DNA of 64,000 nucleotides from Nisaea sp. (GTDB taxonomy: Bacteria; Pseudomonadota; Alphaproteobacteria; Thalassobaculales; Thalassobaculaceae): positions 94,958 to 158,957 of the forward strand of contig NZ_JBDXGG010000016.1 in NCBI RefSeq assembly GCF_039990255.1, in the 5' to 3' direction. How positions within the stretch are numbered: the stretch's first letter is position 1; each line of letters starts with the position of its first letter. Below the pieces are notes generated by a model that was given only the letters and a program-made list of their open reading frames with translations, did no database searches and was not told the origin of the DNA. The position numbers and the translations under genes were made by a program. This document shows, piece by piece, positions 1-10,307 of this stretch.

Positions 1-42
1 AACGAAATTTGCTCATATGCGATCCGAGTTCACGGAGTGGTC

Positions 43-705
43 ATGTCGAAAGAACTGCCGGATATGTCGCACGTCGCGCTGGAGCACATCTCGCTCCGGC
101 GCATGCCCAATCAGGAACGCAGCCGCGCGCGCGTCGAGCACATGCTGAACTGCGCTATCACGGTGATCGCCGAGAAGGGCAGCGAGGCGATGACGATGAG
201 CGAGGTGGCGCGGCGCGCGGACGTGTCCATCGGCTCGCTCTACCAGTATTTTCCGGACAAGAGCGCGATCATCCGGGCGCTCGCGGAGCATTACGGCGGG
301 GAATGTCTCAAATGCATCAAGGATGGCTTATCGGGAGCAGACACGCTCAACGCGCTCTGCGACGCGCTGAATGAGCTGATCGACGTCTATTACGCTCTCT
401 TCCTGGCGGAACCGGTCATTCGCGACATCTATTCCGGGATAGGAGCCGACAAGACCCTGAGAGACATGGGGATCGCGGAAAGCCGCAAAAGCGGCGCCGT
501 GCTTTCAGAAGCACTCTGCCGCATCGCCCCGGACCGGGACCCGGCGCGCGCCGCGTCGGACTGTTTCCTGATCATGCATCTCGGCGAAGCAACAATGCGC
601 CTCGCCATTTCCCTGGAGCAATCGGAAGGCAAGGCGCTGGTCGAGACCTACAAACATATGGCCGAGACCGAACTACGCCGCTTGGCGTCTCTCACCCACG
701 GGTGA
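43..705 (+). CDS. TetR/AcrR family transcriptional regulator
   Basis: ORF 37..705. The N-terminal HTH 'MSEVARRADVSIGSLYQYFPDK' is typical of TetR_N. GGAG lies 5 nt upstream of the ATG at 43; GTG at 37 is the alternative start. Confidence 0.85.
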   Translation: MSKELPDMSHVALEHISLRRMPNQERSRARVEHMLNCAITVIAEKGSEAMTMSEVARRADVSIGSLYQYFPDKSAIIRALAEHYGGECLKCIKDGLSGADTLNALCDALNELIDVYYALFLAEPVIRDIYSGIGADKTLRDMGIAESRKSGAVLSEALCRIAPDRDPARAASDCFLIMHLGEATMRLAISLEQSEGKALVETYKHMAETELRRLASLTHG

Positions 706-778
706 CCATTTCGGTCGCTCCGCGTATCGACCTGCACGAGGAATAGCGGCAGATCACCGCCGCCGAAGGAGATTACGA

Positions 779-1399
779 ATGGCAAACATTGCCCGGTTCT
801 GGGACAGACATGCGGCTGGTTACGCCAAGCGGGCGGTCAGCGATCCGGAGGCCTACCAGCATAAGCTGGAATTGACACAGCGGCTTCTGAAACCGGACAT
901 GCGCGTGCTTGAATTCGGCTGCGGAACCGGAACGACGGCGCTCCATCACGCCCCATATGTGAAATCAATTCGGGCCATAGATGTCTCGGCTAAGATGCTG
1001 GAGATCGCGCGGGCAAAGGCAGAAGAGGCCGGCATCGCAAATGTCAGCTTCGAGCAGAGCGACATCGAAGGTCTCTCCGCAGAAGACGGGAGCTACGACC
1101 TCGTCATGGGTCATAGCATCCTGCACCTTCTCGAGGATCGCCACGCTGTCATCGCAAAAGTCTGGCGCCTGCTGAAAGCGGACGGCCTGTTCGTCACGTC
1201 GACCGCTTGTATCGGAGGAACCATGCCGTGGCTCAAGCTTATCCTGCCTGTCGGGAATGCACTGGGGCTCCTGCCGAAAGTCGCGTTCATTCGACCGGAC
1301 GAACTTGTCGGCGAGTTCGAGACTGCCGGGTTCCGGATCGAACAAAGCTGGCAGCCAGGCCCCAGCAAAGGATTGTTCATCATCGCCCGAAAGGCGTGA
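779..1399 (+). CDS. class I SAM-dependent methyltransferase
   Basis: SAM-binding motif I 'VLEFGCGTGTTA'. AAGGAG RBS lies just upstream of the ATG. 206 aa. Confidence 0.85.
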   Translation: MANIARFWDRHAAGYAKRAVSDPEAYQHKLELTQRLLKPDMRVLEFGCGTGTTALHHAPYVKSIRAIDVSAKMLEIARAKAEEAGIANVSFEQSDIEGLSAEDGSYDLVMGHSILHLLEDRHAVIAKVWRLLKADGLFVTSTACIGGTMPWLKLILPVGNALGLLPKVAFIRPDELVGEFETAGFRIEQSWQPGPSKGLFIIARKA

Positions 1400-1409
1400 G
1401 ACGACGTCT

Positions 1410-2069
1410 CTAGAACTTTCCGTATTTCAGGTAGGCCTGCTGGGGATCAGTCCCGCCCAGAATCGCGGTGCGGACCTTGTTCTCGGTTGTGATCGCAGCC
1501 TCGGCCTTCTCAATCACCTCCTCGATGATCGCGGACGGGACACGGATAAGTCCGTCCCGGTCACCCAGCATGTAATCGCCCGGCTCGATCACCACGTCGC
1601 CGATCCGGATATCGACATCGGTCGCCGCCGGCAGCCACCAGCCGACGATATCCCGGGGCGTGAAGCCCCGCGACCAGGATTGAAAACCGATCTCCAGCAG
1701 AAAATTCACATCCCGCACAAACCCATCGGCAACGCAGCCACGCACCCCTTTGTCTTTGAGCGTCTCGGCTGATAGCTCGCCCATATGGGCAACAACCCGA
1801 TCGTTCGGCTGACTGACCCAGACGGAACCCGCCGGCGCCTTCGACAGCAGCCCCGTCCAGGCGAGCAACGTCTCGTGCGCGTCCGCTGTCGGGTCGACCT
1901 TGCCAAGAATGGTAAAGGCGGGGCCTGCCATAGGCTTTTCCGGCATGATCGGGCGCAGTTCCGGCGGCAGAGTGAAGTCCCGGAGGCCCATCCCCCGCAT
2001 CACGTCATGGACGACGCCCGTATAGCATTTCTCCAATCGCTCCGTGATCGACATTGTCTCGACCGACAT
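1410..2069 (-). CDS. RraA family protein (HMG/CHA aldolase-like)
   Basis: 219-aa ORF with the RraA-family pattern '...VWVSQPND..VAHMGELSAETLKDKGVRGCVADGFVRD...'. The stretch 'GDYMLGDRDGLIRVP' lies near the C-terminus. Confidence 0.75.
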   Translation of the reverse strand: MSVETMSITERLEKCYTGVVHDVMRGMGLRDFTLPPELRPIMPEKPMAGPAFTILGKVDPTADAHETLLAWTGLLSKAPAGSVWVSQPNDRVVAHMGELSAETLKDKGVRGCVADGFVRDVNFLLEIGFQSWSRGFTPRDIVGWWLPAATDVDIRIGDVVIEPGDYMLGDRDGLIRVPSAIIEEVIEKAEAAITTENKVRTAILGGTDPQQAYLKYGKF

Positions 2070-2100
2070 GGTTCCCTCCCCCAGTTTTTCGTTTCTTGTT

Positions 2101-3303
2101 TTACTCCGCCGCCGGCAGGCATGCGGGCCCGATCGGCTCGAACGACTTGTATGTCAGGATGAACTCCTGATGGCCCAGATCCTCGGACCGGGTCAGCGCC
2201 CCTCCCGCGACGGTCAGCACCAGGTCGCGGATCTCGACACCGACGTCATCCAGCTCCGCCGTCCCCTCAAGAATGCGCCCCGCATCCACGTCCATGTCGT
2301 CCGCCATGCGCCTATAGGTTTCCGGATTGGCACAGATCTTAATGACAGGAGAAATGACCGAGCCGACGACCGAACCGCGTCCGGTGACGAACAGATTGAT
2401 ATGGGCGCCGCACGCCATCAACTCGGCGATCTCGGCATTGTCGTTGATATTAGGAAATCCGAAACGGACTTCTCCATCGGGCACCACGTCGAGGAGATAG
2501 AGCCCGCCGGTCGGCGGCACGTCGCCAGGCTTCAGAAGTCCGACAATCGGCGAGGCGCCCGACTTGGCATAAGCGCCCATCGATTTCTCCTCAATGGTCG
2601 TCAGCCCGCCCGTGGCATTGCCCGCAGCGAAGGACCCGTAACCGAGGGTCGCGTAATAGCGCGCCGCCTTGGCCACGCTTTCTTCCAGTACGGCGGCGAG
2701 CGCAGGCGTGGCGGCGCGCGCAGCCATGATGTGCTCGCAACCAATCAGCTCACCAGATTCCTCGAAAATGCAGGCCGCACCGTCGCCGATCAGCATATCG
2801 AATGCCCGGCCCGCCGCCGGGTTCCCGGTAATCCCGGATGTACCGTCCGAGCCGCCGCAAATCGTGCCGATCACCAGCTCGTCCACTCCCATCGGAACGC
2901 GTTCCGCACGTTCCAGTGCCGGCAGATGTTCTGCGATGAAAGACATGCCTTCCGCAATCGCCGACCGGGTACCTCCGACTTGCTGGATGGTGATCGCCTT
3001 CACCGGCCGGCCGGTCGCTTCGATCTGCTCGCGCAACAGCCGGTTATTGAAGGACTCGCAACCGAGCGAGACCAGAAGCGCCCCGCCAACATTCGGATGG
3101 GTGCAGAGCGCCTCCATCATCCGCTGCGCATACTCGTTCGGATAACAGCCCGGAAATCCGATAAGATGAACGTCGTGATTTCGGAACTCGAGCGTGATCT
3201 GCCGCGCGACGTGATGGGCGCACTCGACCAGATAGGCCACGACGAAAACATTACGGATGCCCTTGCGCCCGTCGCTCCTGGGATACCCGCCAAAGCCGCT
3301 CAT
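2101..3303 (-). CDS. UxaA family hydrolase / sugar-acid dehydratase, large subunit
   Basis: 400 aa. The N-terminus 'GYPRSDGRKGIRNVFVVAYLVECAHHVA' and the overall pattern resemble the altronate/galactarate dehydratase C-terminal domain. Its start makes a 4-nt overlap with the stop of the upstream small subunit. Confidence 0.8.
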   Translation of the reverse strand: MSGFGGYPRSDGRKGIRNVFVVAYLVECAHHVARQITLEFRNHDVHLIGFPGCYPNEYAQRMMEALCTHPNVGGALLVSLGCESFNNRLLREQIEATGRPVKAITIQQVGGTRSAIAEGMSFIAEHLPALERAERVPMGVDELVIGTICGGSDGTSGITGNPAAGRAFDMLIGDGAACIFEESGELIGCEHIMAARAATPALAAVLEESVAKAARYYATLGYGSFAAGNATGGLTTIEEKSMGAYAKSGASPIVGLLKPGDVPPTGGLYLLDVVPDGEVRFGFPNINDNAEIAELMACGAHINLFVTGRGSVVGSVISPVIKICANPETYRRMADDMDVDAGRILEGTAELDDVGVEIRDLVLTVAGGALTRSEDLGHQEFILTYKSFEPIGPACLPAAE

Positions 3304-3596
3304 CGCGTCTCCTCCGGCAGGCTGTAAGTCGGCGTGTAGTTGCTGCGGACATTATGCACATGGACATGTCCGCCTGCTGCGATCGGCGCGGTAGCAACAC
3401 CGATCACGGCACCGTATTTCAGAATTTCCTCGCCTTCCGAAATAGACCGGCGGGCAAGCTTGTGACCGAGATTGAGACTACGGTCGGTTTTAGCTTCCCC
3501 CGCCCCGATATCGATCCGCTCGCCTGCGGCGATGCCCTTGCGCAGCACCAGAACATTGTCATCTTCATTCAAAAGCAGCAGGCGACGGTCGATCAT
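3300..3596 (-). CDS. UxaA family hydrolase small subunit (SAF domain)
   Basis: 98 aa. The SAF-like pattern 'NVLVLRKGIAAGERI...GHKLARRSISEGEEILKYGAVIG' is typical of a split UxaA N-terminal piece. It is translationally coupled to 2101..3303. Confidence 0.75.
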   Translation of the reverse strand: MIDRRLLLLNEDDNVLVLRKGIAAGERIDIGAGEAKTDRSLNLGHKLARRSISEGEEILKYGAVIGVATAPIAAGGHVHVHNVRSNYTPTYSLPEETR

Positions 3597-3713
3597 CGGT
3601 CAGTCTCAAATTGCGAGACCGAAAGCCTGGGCCCAGCCAGAAGAGCGAGTCAACATCCATACCGGGATTTTCCACGGATGCGCCGAGAAACCCGGCCCGT
3701 CGAGGCGCGGTTT

Positions 3714-4517
3714 TTAGAGCCCGACCGGTGTCCCGCCGCTGATCGGCATAGCGACCCCCGTGATGTATTCGGCGCGCGGACCAGCCAGAAAAGCGACAGC
3801 CTCGGCCACCTCTTCCGGCTCGCCCGCCCGGCGCATCGCCACCGTCTTATAGCGCTCCTGCTTCACATCATCGACCGGACGGCCACTTTCGCGCGCCAGA
3901 CGCTCGTTCGCTGCTGTATGCATGTCCGTTGCGATAAAGCCCGGGCAGACGACGTTGCAGCGGATGCCGTCCACGCCGAATTCCGCCGCGACCGTTTTGG
4001 TCAAGCCAACCAGCCCGTGTTTCATGGCGTTATAGGCGCCAAACCCGGCTTCGGCGCCGAGGCTACCGGTTGAGCCGATATTGACGATGCTGCCACCGCC
4101 CGACTTCCGCATTTCCGGAATCACTGCCTGGGTGAACATGGCCGGACCAAGCAGGTTGACCCGGAAACTTGTCTCCCATTGCTCCGGCACGGTCTCCAGC
4201 AGGTTCGCGGAACCGGCAAGCGATCCGGCATTGTTCACCAGAATATCGATCCGGCCGAAATGCTCTTTAGCCAGACGCACAGCGGTCTCGATATCGGATT
4301 TTCTGGTAACGTCTACTGACACAGCCAATGCCGTTCCCCCGGCCGCCGTAATCTCGGAGACGATATCCGCGAGCCTGCTTGACGCCTCGGGTGTCGCGAT
4401 GTCACTGACGATGACGGACGCACCCTCCGCCGCAAGCCGAAGGGCGACGGCCCGCCCGATACCACGTGTCGCAGAAGCGCCGGTGACAATTGCCACCTTC
4501 CCGTCAAGTTCAGCCAT
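3714..4517 (-). CDS. SDR family oxidoreductase (FabG-like)
   Basis: Rossmann motif 'VAIVTGASATRGIGRA', 'NNAG', and catalytic 'YNAMKHG' (YxxxK). The ORF extends to 4580, but the start at M22 (MAELDGK) fits normal SDR N-termini. Confidence 0.85.
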   Translation of the reverse strand: MAELDGKVAIVTGASATRGIGRAVALRLAAEGASVIVSDIATPEASSRLADIVSEITAAGGTALAVSVDVTRKSDIETAVRLAKEHFGRIDILVNNAGSLAGSANLLETVPEQWETSFRVNLLGPAMFTQAVIPEMRKSGGGSIVNIGSTGSLGAEAGFGAYNAMKHGLVGLTKTVAAEFGVDGIRCNVVCPGFIATDMHTAANERLARESGRPVDDVKQERYKTVAMRRAGEPEEVAEAVAFLAGPRAEYITGVAMPISGGTPVGL

Positions 4518-4592
4518 GATCGTCCCCGATTGATCGTCCCAATAAACAGCAGACGTGGGAGCCACATCGCCGACTGTCAATCGGCGATATGA

Positions 4593-7007
4593 CTATCCCC
4601 GCATCAGGGCGCCATTCGGATCATGCAGCGGGGCGCCGATCCGGTGCGCCTTCAGCATCTTGCCGAGAATCTCGACCTCGAAGCCGTCCGTCTTGTTGGC
4701 GAATTCCTTCGGAACGTAACCGATGGCAATGCTCTTCGCCGTCGTGTGGCCATAGCCGCCGGAGGTCACCCAGCCGATGGCCTTGCCGTCATGGAAGATC
4801 GGCTCGTCGGCGATGGGATCGATATCCTCGACATCGATGGTCAGCGTGATCAGCCGGTAGGACCCGCCAGTCTCTTTCTCCACCACCAGCGCGTCGCGGC
4901 CGATGAAGCTGTTTTTCGACATATCGACGAAGCGGTCCAGCCCGGCCTCGAAAGGCGAATAATCCGGAGTGAACTCCGCCCGGAAGCCACCGAAGCTCTT
5001 TTCCAGACGCAGGGAATTGAGCGCCCGGCCGCCGAAATGCTTCAGCCCGTACTCCGCACCTGCTTCGACCAGCATGTCGTAGAGCGTGATCAGATAATCC
5101 GGTTTCACCCAGATCTCATACCCGCGCTCGCCGGTGAAGGAAACTCGGCCGACCATGGCGTGCAGCATGCCGAGATTCATCTCCCGGAAGGACATGAACG
5201 GCATCGCCTCGGTCGAGACATCTTCGTGCGTCAGCGTGGCCAGCAGATCGGCCGATTTCGGCCCGGCGATGGAAAGCCCGACCATTTCCTGGCAACGGCT
5301 CTGGATCTTGACGCCGGTCTCCGGCAGATGATCCCAGAACCAGCGCAGATGGAACATTTCCGCGATACCGGAGCCGAAGATCATGAACCGGTTTTCCGCC
5401 AGCTTGGCGATGGTGAAATCGCCGATGATCTTGCCCTGGCGATTGAGCATCGGCGTGAGCACCATGCGTCCGGTACGCGGCATCTTGTTCGTCATCAGCT
5501 CCGACAGCCAGGCTTCCGCACCTTCGCCTGTCACCTCGTATTTGGCGAAGCTGGAAATCTCGATCATGCCGACGCCTGTGCGCACGGCCTTGCACTCTTC
5601 GGCCACCGGACGGAAAGCGTTGGAGCGGCCGAAGGTCACATCCTCCACCGGCTCCATGCCCTCGGGTGCGAACCAGAGGGCATGTTCAAGCCCGTAGGAA
5701 GCGCCAAATACAGCGTTCTGCGCCGCAAGCCGGTCATAGATCGCCGTCTTGCGCAGCGGACGGCCCGCGGGCAGCTCCTCGTTCGGGAAGGTAATGGAGA
5801 AGCGGCGGGAATAGTTTTCCTTCACCTTCTCGTAAGCGTACCCCTTGGTCGCGTAGGAGCCGAAGCGGGCGCAGTCCATGGCATAAATATCCATGTCCGG
5901 CTCACCTTCGATCATCCATTGCGCCAGCGCCAGACCAACGCCGCCGCCCTGACTGAACCCGGCCATCACACCGCAGGCGAGATACATGTTCTTGAGGCCC
6001 GGCACCGGGCCGACCAGCGGGTTACCGTCGGGCGCAAAGGTAAACGGCCCGTTGATCATCGACTTCACGCCAGCATTCGCCAGAAACGGGAAGTGCTGAT
6101 AGGCGATATCGAGGGACGGCGCGATCCGGTCGAGGTCCGGTTGCAGCAGCTCGTGTCCGAAATCCCACGGCGTCTGGTGCGGGGACCAGGGCACGCAGGC
6201 CTTCTCGTAAGTGCCAAGCAGAAAACTCTGGCCTTCCTGACGGGTATAGATCTCGGCCTCGAAATCGATCAGGTGCGGCAGCTCGGCATCCAGCGCCTTG
6301 ATCTCGTCCAGCGACTCCGTGATCAGGTAATGGTGCTCCATCGCCAGCACGGGCAACTCCAGCCCGACCATGCGGCCAATCTCGCGGGCCCAGAGGCCGC
6401 CCGCATTCACCACTTTCTCGCAACGGATGGTGCCCTTGTCGGTAACCACCGACCAGGTACCATCCTTCTCCGCCACCAGTTCCTCAACCTTGGTATGGCG
6501 GTAGATCTCCGCCCCGCCCTTGCGGGCCGAGATGGCATAGGCGTTGGTCACGCCGGACGGATCGACATGGCCCTCGTTCGGATCGTAGACGGCGCCGGTG
6601 AAATGGCTGGCATCGACCAGCGGATGCAGGCGTTGCGCTTCATCGAGGGAGATGAAGTCGATGTCGAGGCCCATATATTTGCCCTTGGCGACCATCGTCT
6701 TCAGATAGTCGAGCCGCTCGGGCGTTCCTGCGGCCATGATCCCGCCGGAGAGATGCACGCCGGTCGCCTGGCCGGAAATCTCCTCGATCTCCTTGTAAAG
6801 ATCGATGGTGTATTTCTGCAGTTTGGTGACGTTCGGGTCGCTGTTCAGCGTGTGCATGCCGCCCGCCGCATGCCAGGTGGAGCCCGATGTCAGCTCGCTG
6901 CGCTCCACCAGGACCACGTCTTTCCAGCCCAGTTTGGTCAGGTGATAGAGAACGCTGCAGCCAACGACGCCCCCGCCGATAACAACGACTTGCGCATGCG
7001 ATTTCAT
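4593..7007 (-). CDS. FAD-dependent oxidoreductase fused to a GcvT-type folate-binding domain (dimethylglycine/sarcosine dehydrogenase-like)
   Basis: N-terminal dinucleotide fold 'VVVIGGGVVGCSVLYHL'. The ~800-aa length and the C-terminal half match aminomethyltransferase-like sequence. The ORF opens at 7028; M8 at 7007 is the likely start. Confidence 0.85.
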   Translation of the reverse strand: MKSHAQVVVIGGGVVGCSVLYHLTKLGWKDVVLVERSELTSGSTWHAAGGMHTLNSDPNVTKLQKYTIDLYKEIEEISGQATGVHLSGGIMAAGTPERLDYLKTMVAKGKYMGLDIDFISLDEAQRLHPLVDASHFTGAVYDPNEGHVDPSGVTNAYAISARKGGAEIYRHTKVEELVAEKDGTWSVVTDKGTIRCEKVVNAGGLWAREIGRMVGLELPVLAMEHHYLITESLDEIKALDAELPHLIDFEAEIYTRQEGQSFLLGTYEKACVPWSPHQTPWDFGHELLQPDLDRIAPSLDIAYQHFPFLANAGVKSMINGPFTFAPDGNPLVGPVPGLKNMYLACGVMAGFSQGGGVGLALAQWMIEGEPDMDIYAMDCARFGSYATKGYAYEKVKENYSRRFSITFPNEELPAGRPLRKTAIYDRLAAQNAVFGASYGLEHALWFAPEGMEPVEDVTFGRSNAFRPVAEECKAVRTGVGMIEISSFAKYEVTGEGAEAWLSELMTNKMPRTGRMVLTPMLNRQGKIIGDFTIAKLAENRFMIFGSGIAEMFHLRWFWDHLPETGVKIQSRCQEMVGLSIAGPKSADLLATLTHEDVSTEAMPFMSFREMNLGMLHAMVGRVSFTGERGYEIWVKPDYLITLYDMLVEAGAEYGLKHFGGRALNSLRLEKSFGGFRAEFTPDYSPFEAGLDRFVDMSKNSFIGRDALVVEKETGGSYRLITLTIDVEDIDPIADEPIFHDGKAIGWVTSGGYGHTTAKSIAIGYVPKEFANKTDGFEVEILGKMLKAHRIGAPLHDPNGALMRG

Positions 7008-7285
7008 TGATCTGCCCCCCTTCGCCACCAGCGCACCCGATGGCCTTTAACCCAACACTAGTGCATCAGCCCCGCCGATATGAAGCGCGCCGGGTGGCGA
7101 CATGGAGTCCGGCGGTTTCGTCGGAAATTGAGCATTGGGCCTTTGGGCTTGACGCTTTGGTCATCCGGGTCCCGTCGCCTGCACCCCCAATATCTTTTCC
7201 CGCTGACCTTTCCGCAAATCGATCAGGGACTTTGCCTTATCTTATTCAGGGTTTACCCTGTTTCATCTTGGTTAGAGGGAGGACG

Positions 7286-7705
7286 ATGATGGCGACTGTG
7301 GACATGAGCGTGAAGTTGGCAGCATCGGCTGCGGAAGTCTGGGAAGTCGTCGGCGACTTCCTCAACCTCGATAAATGGCACCCAGCCGTCGAGAAAAGCG
7401 AGACCATTGGCGAAGGCGGCATCCGGCGCCTGACCTCAGGCGGTGGCGGGCCAACCTTCGACGAAGTGCAGCTTGAGCGCGACGAGGACAGCCGAAGGAT
7501 GCGCTATGCCATCCTCGGCAAGCCGTTCCCGCTGGAGAATTATTCATCCTGGCTGTCTGTCGAGGATACAGACGGCGGCTGCGTTGTCCGCTGGCGCTCG
7601 GCCTTTTCTCCGGACCAGGGCAGCGAGACGAAGGCGAACGGCATCGTTCAGTTTATCTACAAGGGCGGCTTCGATGCGCTGGTGGCACGATTCGGCGCCG
7701 CCTAG
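7286..7705 (+). CDS. SRPBCC family protein (polyketide cyclase/dehydrase-like)
   Basis: The 139-aa core 'VKLAASAAEVWEVVGDFLNLDKWHPAV' is typical of SRPBCC. A GAGGGAGG RBS precedes the ATG at 7286. The upstream part of ORF 7007..7705 looks non-coding. Confidence 0.7.
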   Translation: MMATVDMSVKLAASAAEVWEVVGDFLNLDKWHPAVEKSETIGEGGIRRLTSGGGGPTFDEVQLERDEDSRRMRYAILGKPFPLENYSSWLSVEDTDGGCVVRWRSAFSPDQGSETKANGIVQFIYKGGFDALVARFGAA

Positions 7706-8916
7706 CGGTCCCGGTCCACACGCTTGATCCAAAAAACCAGCGCGATCCCCAACAGGCCGAGTCCGATCATCGGCAGATGCCCGTTCGACCAACCCCCGAA
7801 ATAGGTCACCACCGTCGCGAAGATCGGCGCCGCCAGCAGGTTGCCAAGGTTGGAGCCGTGCACCACCACGCCGCTGCAGGTCGCGACCTCGGAAGCGGTG
7901 CGCGCATGCGCAGGCGCACCCGCAAGGCAGGCGGCAGGCAGAACACCGGATATACAGGACATGGCGATCGCGGCGGGCACCCGGAGGCTATCCGGAGCCC
8001 CACCCGCAAAGACGAACCAGGCCGTTCCCATGATTCCAAGAAAGCTGATGGCGATGATGAGCCAGCGCGGCACCTGCCGGTGCATCAGCCAGGCCGCACC
8101 AAGATTTCCAACAATGTTGATCAGCACCACAGCCGCGCCGATCAGAGCGGCGCCTTCGAGGGAATATCCCATCTGCTCGATCAAGAAGGTCGGCATCCAG
8201 GTCATCAGCGCGAAGATCGCGCAGGCATACAGAAAGAACGCCGTTGAGAAAAGATAAGGCCCCGGCAAGCGCAATGTCCCGAGCACTTGCTTGAAACCGC
8301 GCTCCCGGCTGGGCCGAGGCACACCAGGCCAGCGCGACGGCGCCGTCAGAAAAACCAGAACAACGGCGAAGAGAACACAGATGGCTGCATCCACAAGCCA
8401 GAGCCCGCGCCATCCGGCTGCGTTCATCAACACCGGCGCAACCACCATCGCGATGGCGGCGCCAATGGGGAAATAGGCAGACCAGAAACCAAGCGCCAGA
8501 GAGCGATGCATTGGCCTAGCGGCAGCAACGATCAGGGTCGGCGCGGCAATCGAGGTTGCAACAAAGCCAAGACTTTCCAGCGCCCGCCCGGCGAACAAGA
8601 CAAACATGGAGCTGGACGTTGCGCCGAGCGCCGAGCCAACCGCGATGACAAGCATCGCCGCAACCAACAGGCGGGCCGGCCCAATCCGATCCGTGGCCAT
8701 GCTGATCAGAATGGCGAACAGGGCCGCGAAAAGATGCAGCAGCGAGGCGAGCCAGCCGCCATCGACCAAGGAAAGATTCAGATCGGCCCTCAGGGCCGGA
8801 AGGGCGGGCGGGACTTTACCGACCTGAAGAGCTGCGACCACGCCCGCGCCGACGGCGAGAGCGACGATATCCCAACGAGTCCGGTCGTCAACAGCCGCTC
8901 CGCCGCCGTCGCTCAC
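7702..8916 (-). CDS. MFS transporter
   Basis: About 12 hydrophobic helices, polytopic throughout. The ORF opens at 8991 but overlaps rnhA. An in-frame GTG at 8916 forms a GTGA overlap with the rnhA stop. Confidence 0.75.
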   Translation of the reverse strand: MSDGGGAAVDDRTRWDIVALAVGAGVVAALQVGKVPPALPALRADLNLSLVDGGWLASLLHLFAALFAILISMATDRIGPARLLVAAMLVIAVGSALGATSSSMFVLFAGRALESLGFVATSIAAPTLIVAAARPMHRSLALGFWSAYFPIGAAIAMVVAPVLMNAAGWRGLWLVDAAICVLFAVVLVFLTAPSRWPGVPRPSRERGFKQVLGTLRLPGPYLFSTAFFLYACAIFALMTWMPTFLIEQMGYSLEGAALIGAAVVLINIVGNLGAAWLMHRQVPRWLIIAISFLGIMGTAWFVFAGGAPDSLRVPAAIAMSCISGVLPAACLAGAPAHARTASEVATCSGVVVHGSNLGNLLAAPIFATVVTYFGGWSNGHLPMIGLGLLGIALVFWIKRVDRDR

Positions 8917-9344
8917 GGTACGGCCAGACGCGCCAGCTCGTCTGCTCGCTCGTTTTCCGGATGACCGGCATGGCCCTTGACCCAGTGCCATTCGATCTCG
9001 TGCCGCTCGACCGCTGCCTCAAGGCGCTGCCAGAGTTCCATATTCTTCACCGGCTTCTTGTCGGCAGTGCGCCAGCCCCGCTTTTTCCAGCCGTGGATCC
9101 ATTTGGTGATGCCGTCGCGGACGTAGGTGCTGTCTGTATAGAGATCCACATGCATTGGCCGGGTCAGGGTTTCCAGCGATGTGATCGCCGCCATCATTTC
9201 CATGCGGTTGTTGGTGGTCTCTTTGTCGCCGCCGGAGAGTTCTTTCTCAGTATCGCCATAGCGCAGGATCGCGCCCCAGCCGCCGGGGCCGGGATTACCG
9301 CTGCAGGCGCCGTCCGTATAGATCTCAACCCGTTTCTTGGTCAT
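8913..9344 (-). CDS. rnhA: ribonuclease HI
   Basis: '[22 protein letters not shown]', 'TNNRMEMMA' and '[19 protein letters not shown]' match the RNase H catalytic DEDD pattern. 143 aa. Confidence 0.95.
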   Translation of the reverse strand: MTKKRVEIYTDGACSGNPGPGGWGAILRYGDTEKELSGGDKETTNNRMEMMAAITSLETLTRPMHVDLYTDSTYVRDGITKWIHGWKKRGWRTADKKPVKNMELWQRLEAAVERHEIEWHWVKGHAGHPENERADELARLAVP

Positions 9345-10303
9345 CAGATGCCATAACCCGCACTGGAGGTGACGTTCTGGTGAAAGCTCAGCTTGCGATA
9401 ATATTCCATAGGATCTTTTGGTTTCACAAACGCCCCCTCCGGGTGGTTCAACCAGTCATAAAGACGTGTCAGCAGAAAGCGGGTGGCAGCACCGCGAGCG
9501 AGCACCGGCAGCGCGGCAAGCTCGGCGTCGGAGAGTGCGCGAACGTCCTCATAGGCCGTGATCATCAGCCGGGCCTTGGTAATGTTGAAGCTGCTGTCGC
9601 TCTCGAAACACCAGGCGTTCAGGCAGATGGCAAGGTCGTAGGCCAGCATGTCGGTGCAGGCGAAATAGAAGTCGATGAAGCCGGACAGGACGTCTCCGAG
9701 AAAGAAGACATTATCCTGAAACAAGTCCGCGTGAACCACACCGCGCGGCAGGTCCGCAGGCCAGTTTTCCTCCAGAAAACCGATTTCGGCCTCTAGAAAG
9801 GCATAGAGACCGGGCTTCACGCTATCAGCCTTTGTACCGCAAGATTCAAGCAACGGCCGCCAGGACGCCACCGAGAGGCTGTTCTCCCGGACCATTCCGA
9901 AATCGGCCCCCATCTGATGCATCCGTGCCATTTCAGTACCGAGTGCCCGGCAGTGGACCGGCATGATCTTCCGGTGCCAGATCCCATCAAGGAATGTGAC
10001 GACTGCCGCCGGACGCCCGTTCAGCATGCCCAGCGTCTCGCCGGATTTATCCGGAACCGGGCGCGGACAGGACAGCCCCTTGCCCGCAAGATGGTTCATC
10101 AGATTGAGGAAAAACGGCAGATCGTCCGGGTTCACCCGTTTCTCGTAAAGCGTCAGAATGTAGGTGCCGGTCGTCGTCCGGACCATGAAGTTGGAATTCT
10201 CCACCCCTTCGGCAATGCCGGAGAAGGACAGCGGGTCGCCGATATCATAACCGGAAAGAAAGGACGCGAGGTCCTCATCGGAAATAGACGTGTAAACGGC
10301 CAA
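9344..10303 (-). CDS. thrB: homoserine kinase (ThrB, APH-fold type)
   Basis: Pattern '[38 protein letters not shown]' and '[11 protein letters not shown]'. The ORF opens at 10357 inside ispH. A TTG at 10303 (L-AVYT) lies 5 nt after the ispH stop. Confidence 0.85.
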   Translation of the reverse strand: MAVYTSISDEDLASFLSGYDIGDPLSFSGIAEGVENSNFMVRTTTGTYILTLYEKRVNPDDLPFFLNLMNHLAGKGLSCPRPVPDKSGETLGMLNGRPAAVVTFLDGIWHRKIMPVHCRALGTEMARMHQMGADFGMVRENSLSVASWRPLLESCGTKADSVKPGLYAFLEAEIGFLEENWPADLPRGVVHADLFQDNVFFLGDVLSGFIDFYFACTDMLAYDLAICLNAWCFESDSSFNITKARLMITAYEDVRALSDAELAALPVLARGAATRFLLTRLYDWLNHPEGAFVKPKDPMEYYRKLSFHQNVTSSAGYGI

Positions 10304-10307
10304 GGAC

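Noticed and set aside
4623-7010. 795-aa ORF on the plus strand opposite the dimethylglycine-dehydrogenase-like gene. Similar long antisense ORFs occur at 2044..3327, 17154..18968, 35819..37912 and 52107..53519.
   Set aside because: They have Arg/Ala/Gly/His-rich, low-complexity composition with no motifs. Each mirrors a well-supported gene on the other strand. This is a typical stop-codon-poor shadow frame in high-GC DNA.
7007-7285. Upstream 93 codons of ORF 7007..7705
   Set aside because: This part is Pro/Ser-rich and non-globular, with no RBS. A strong RBS plus ATG at 7286 gives a full-length SRPBCC domain.
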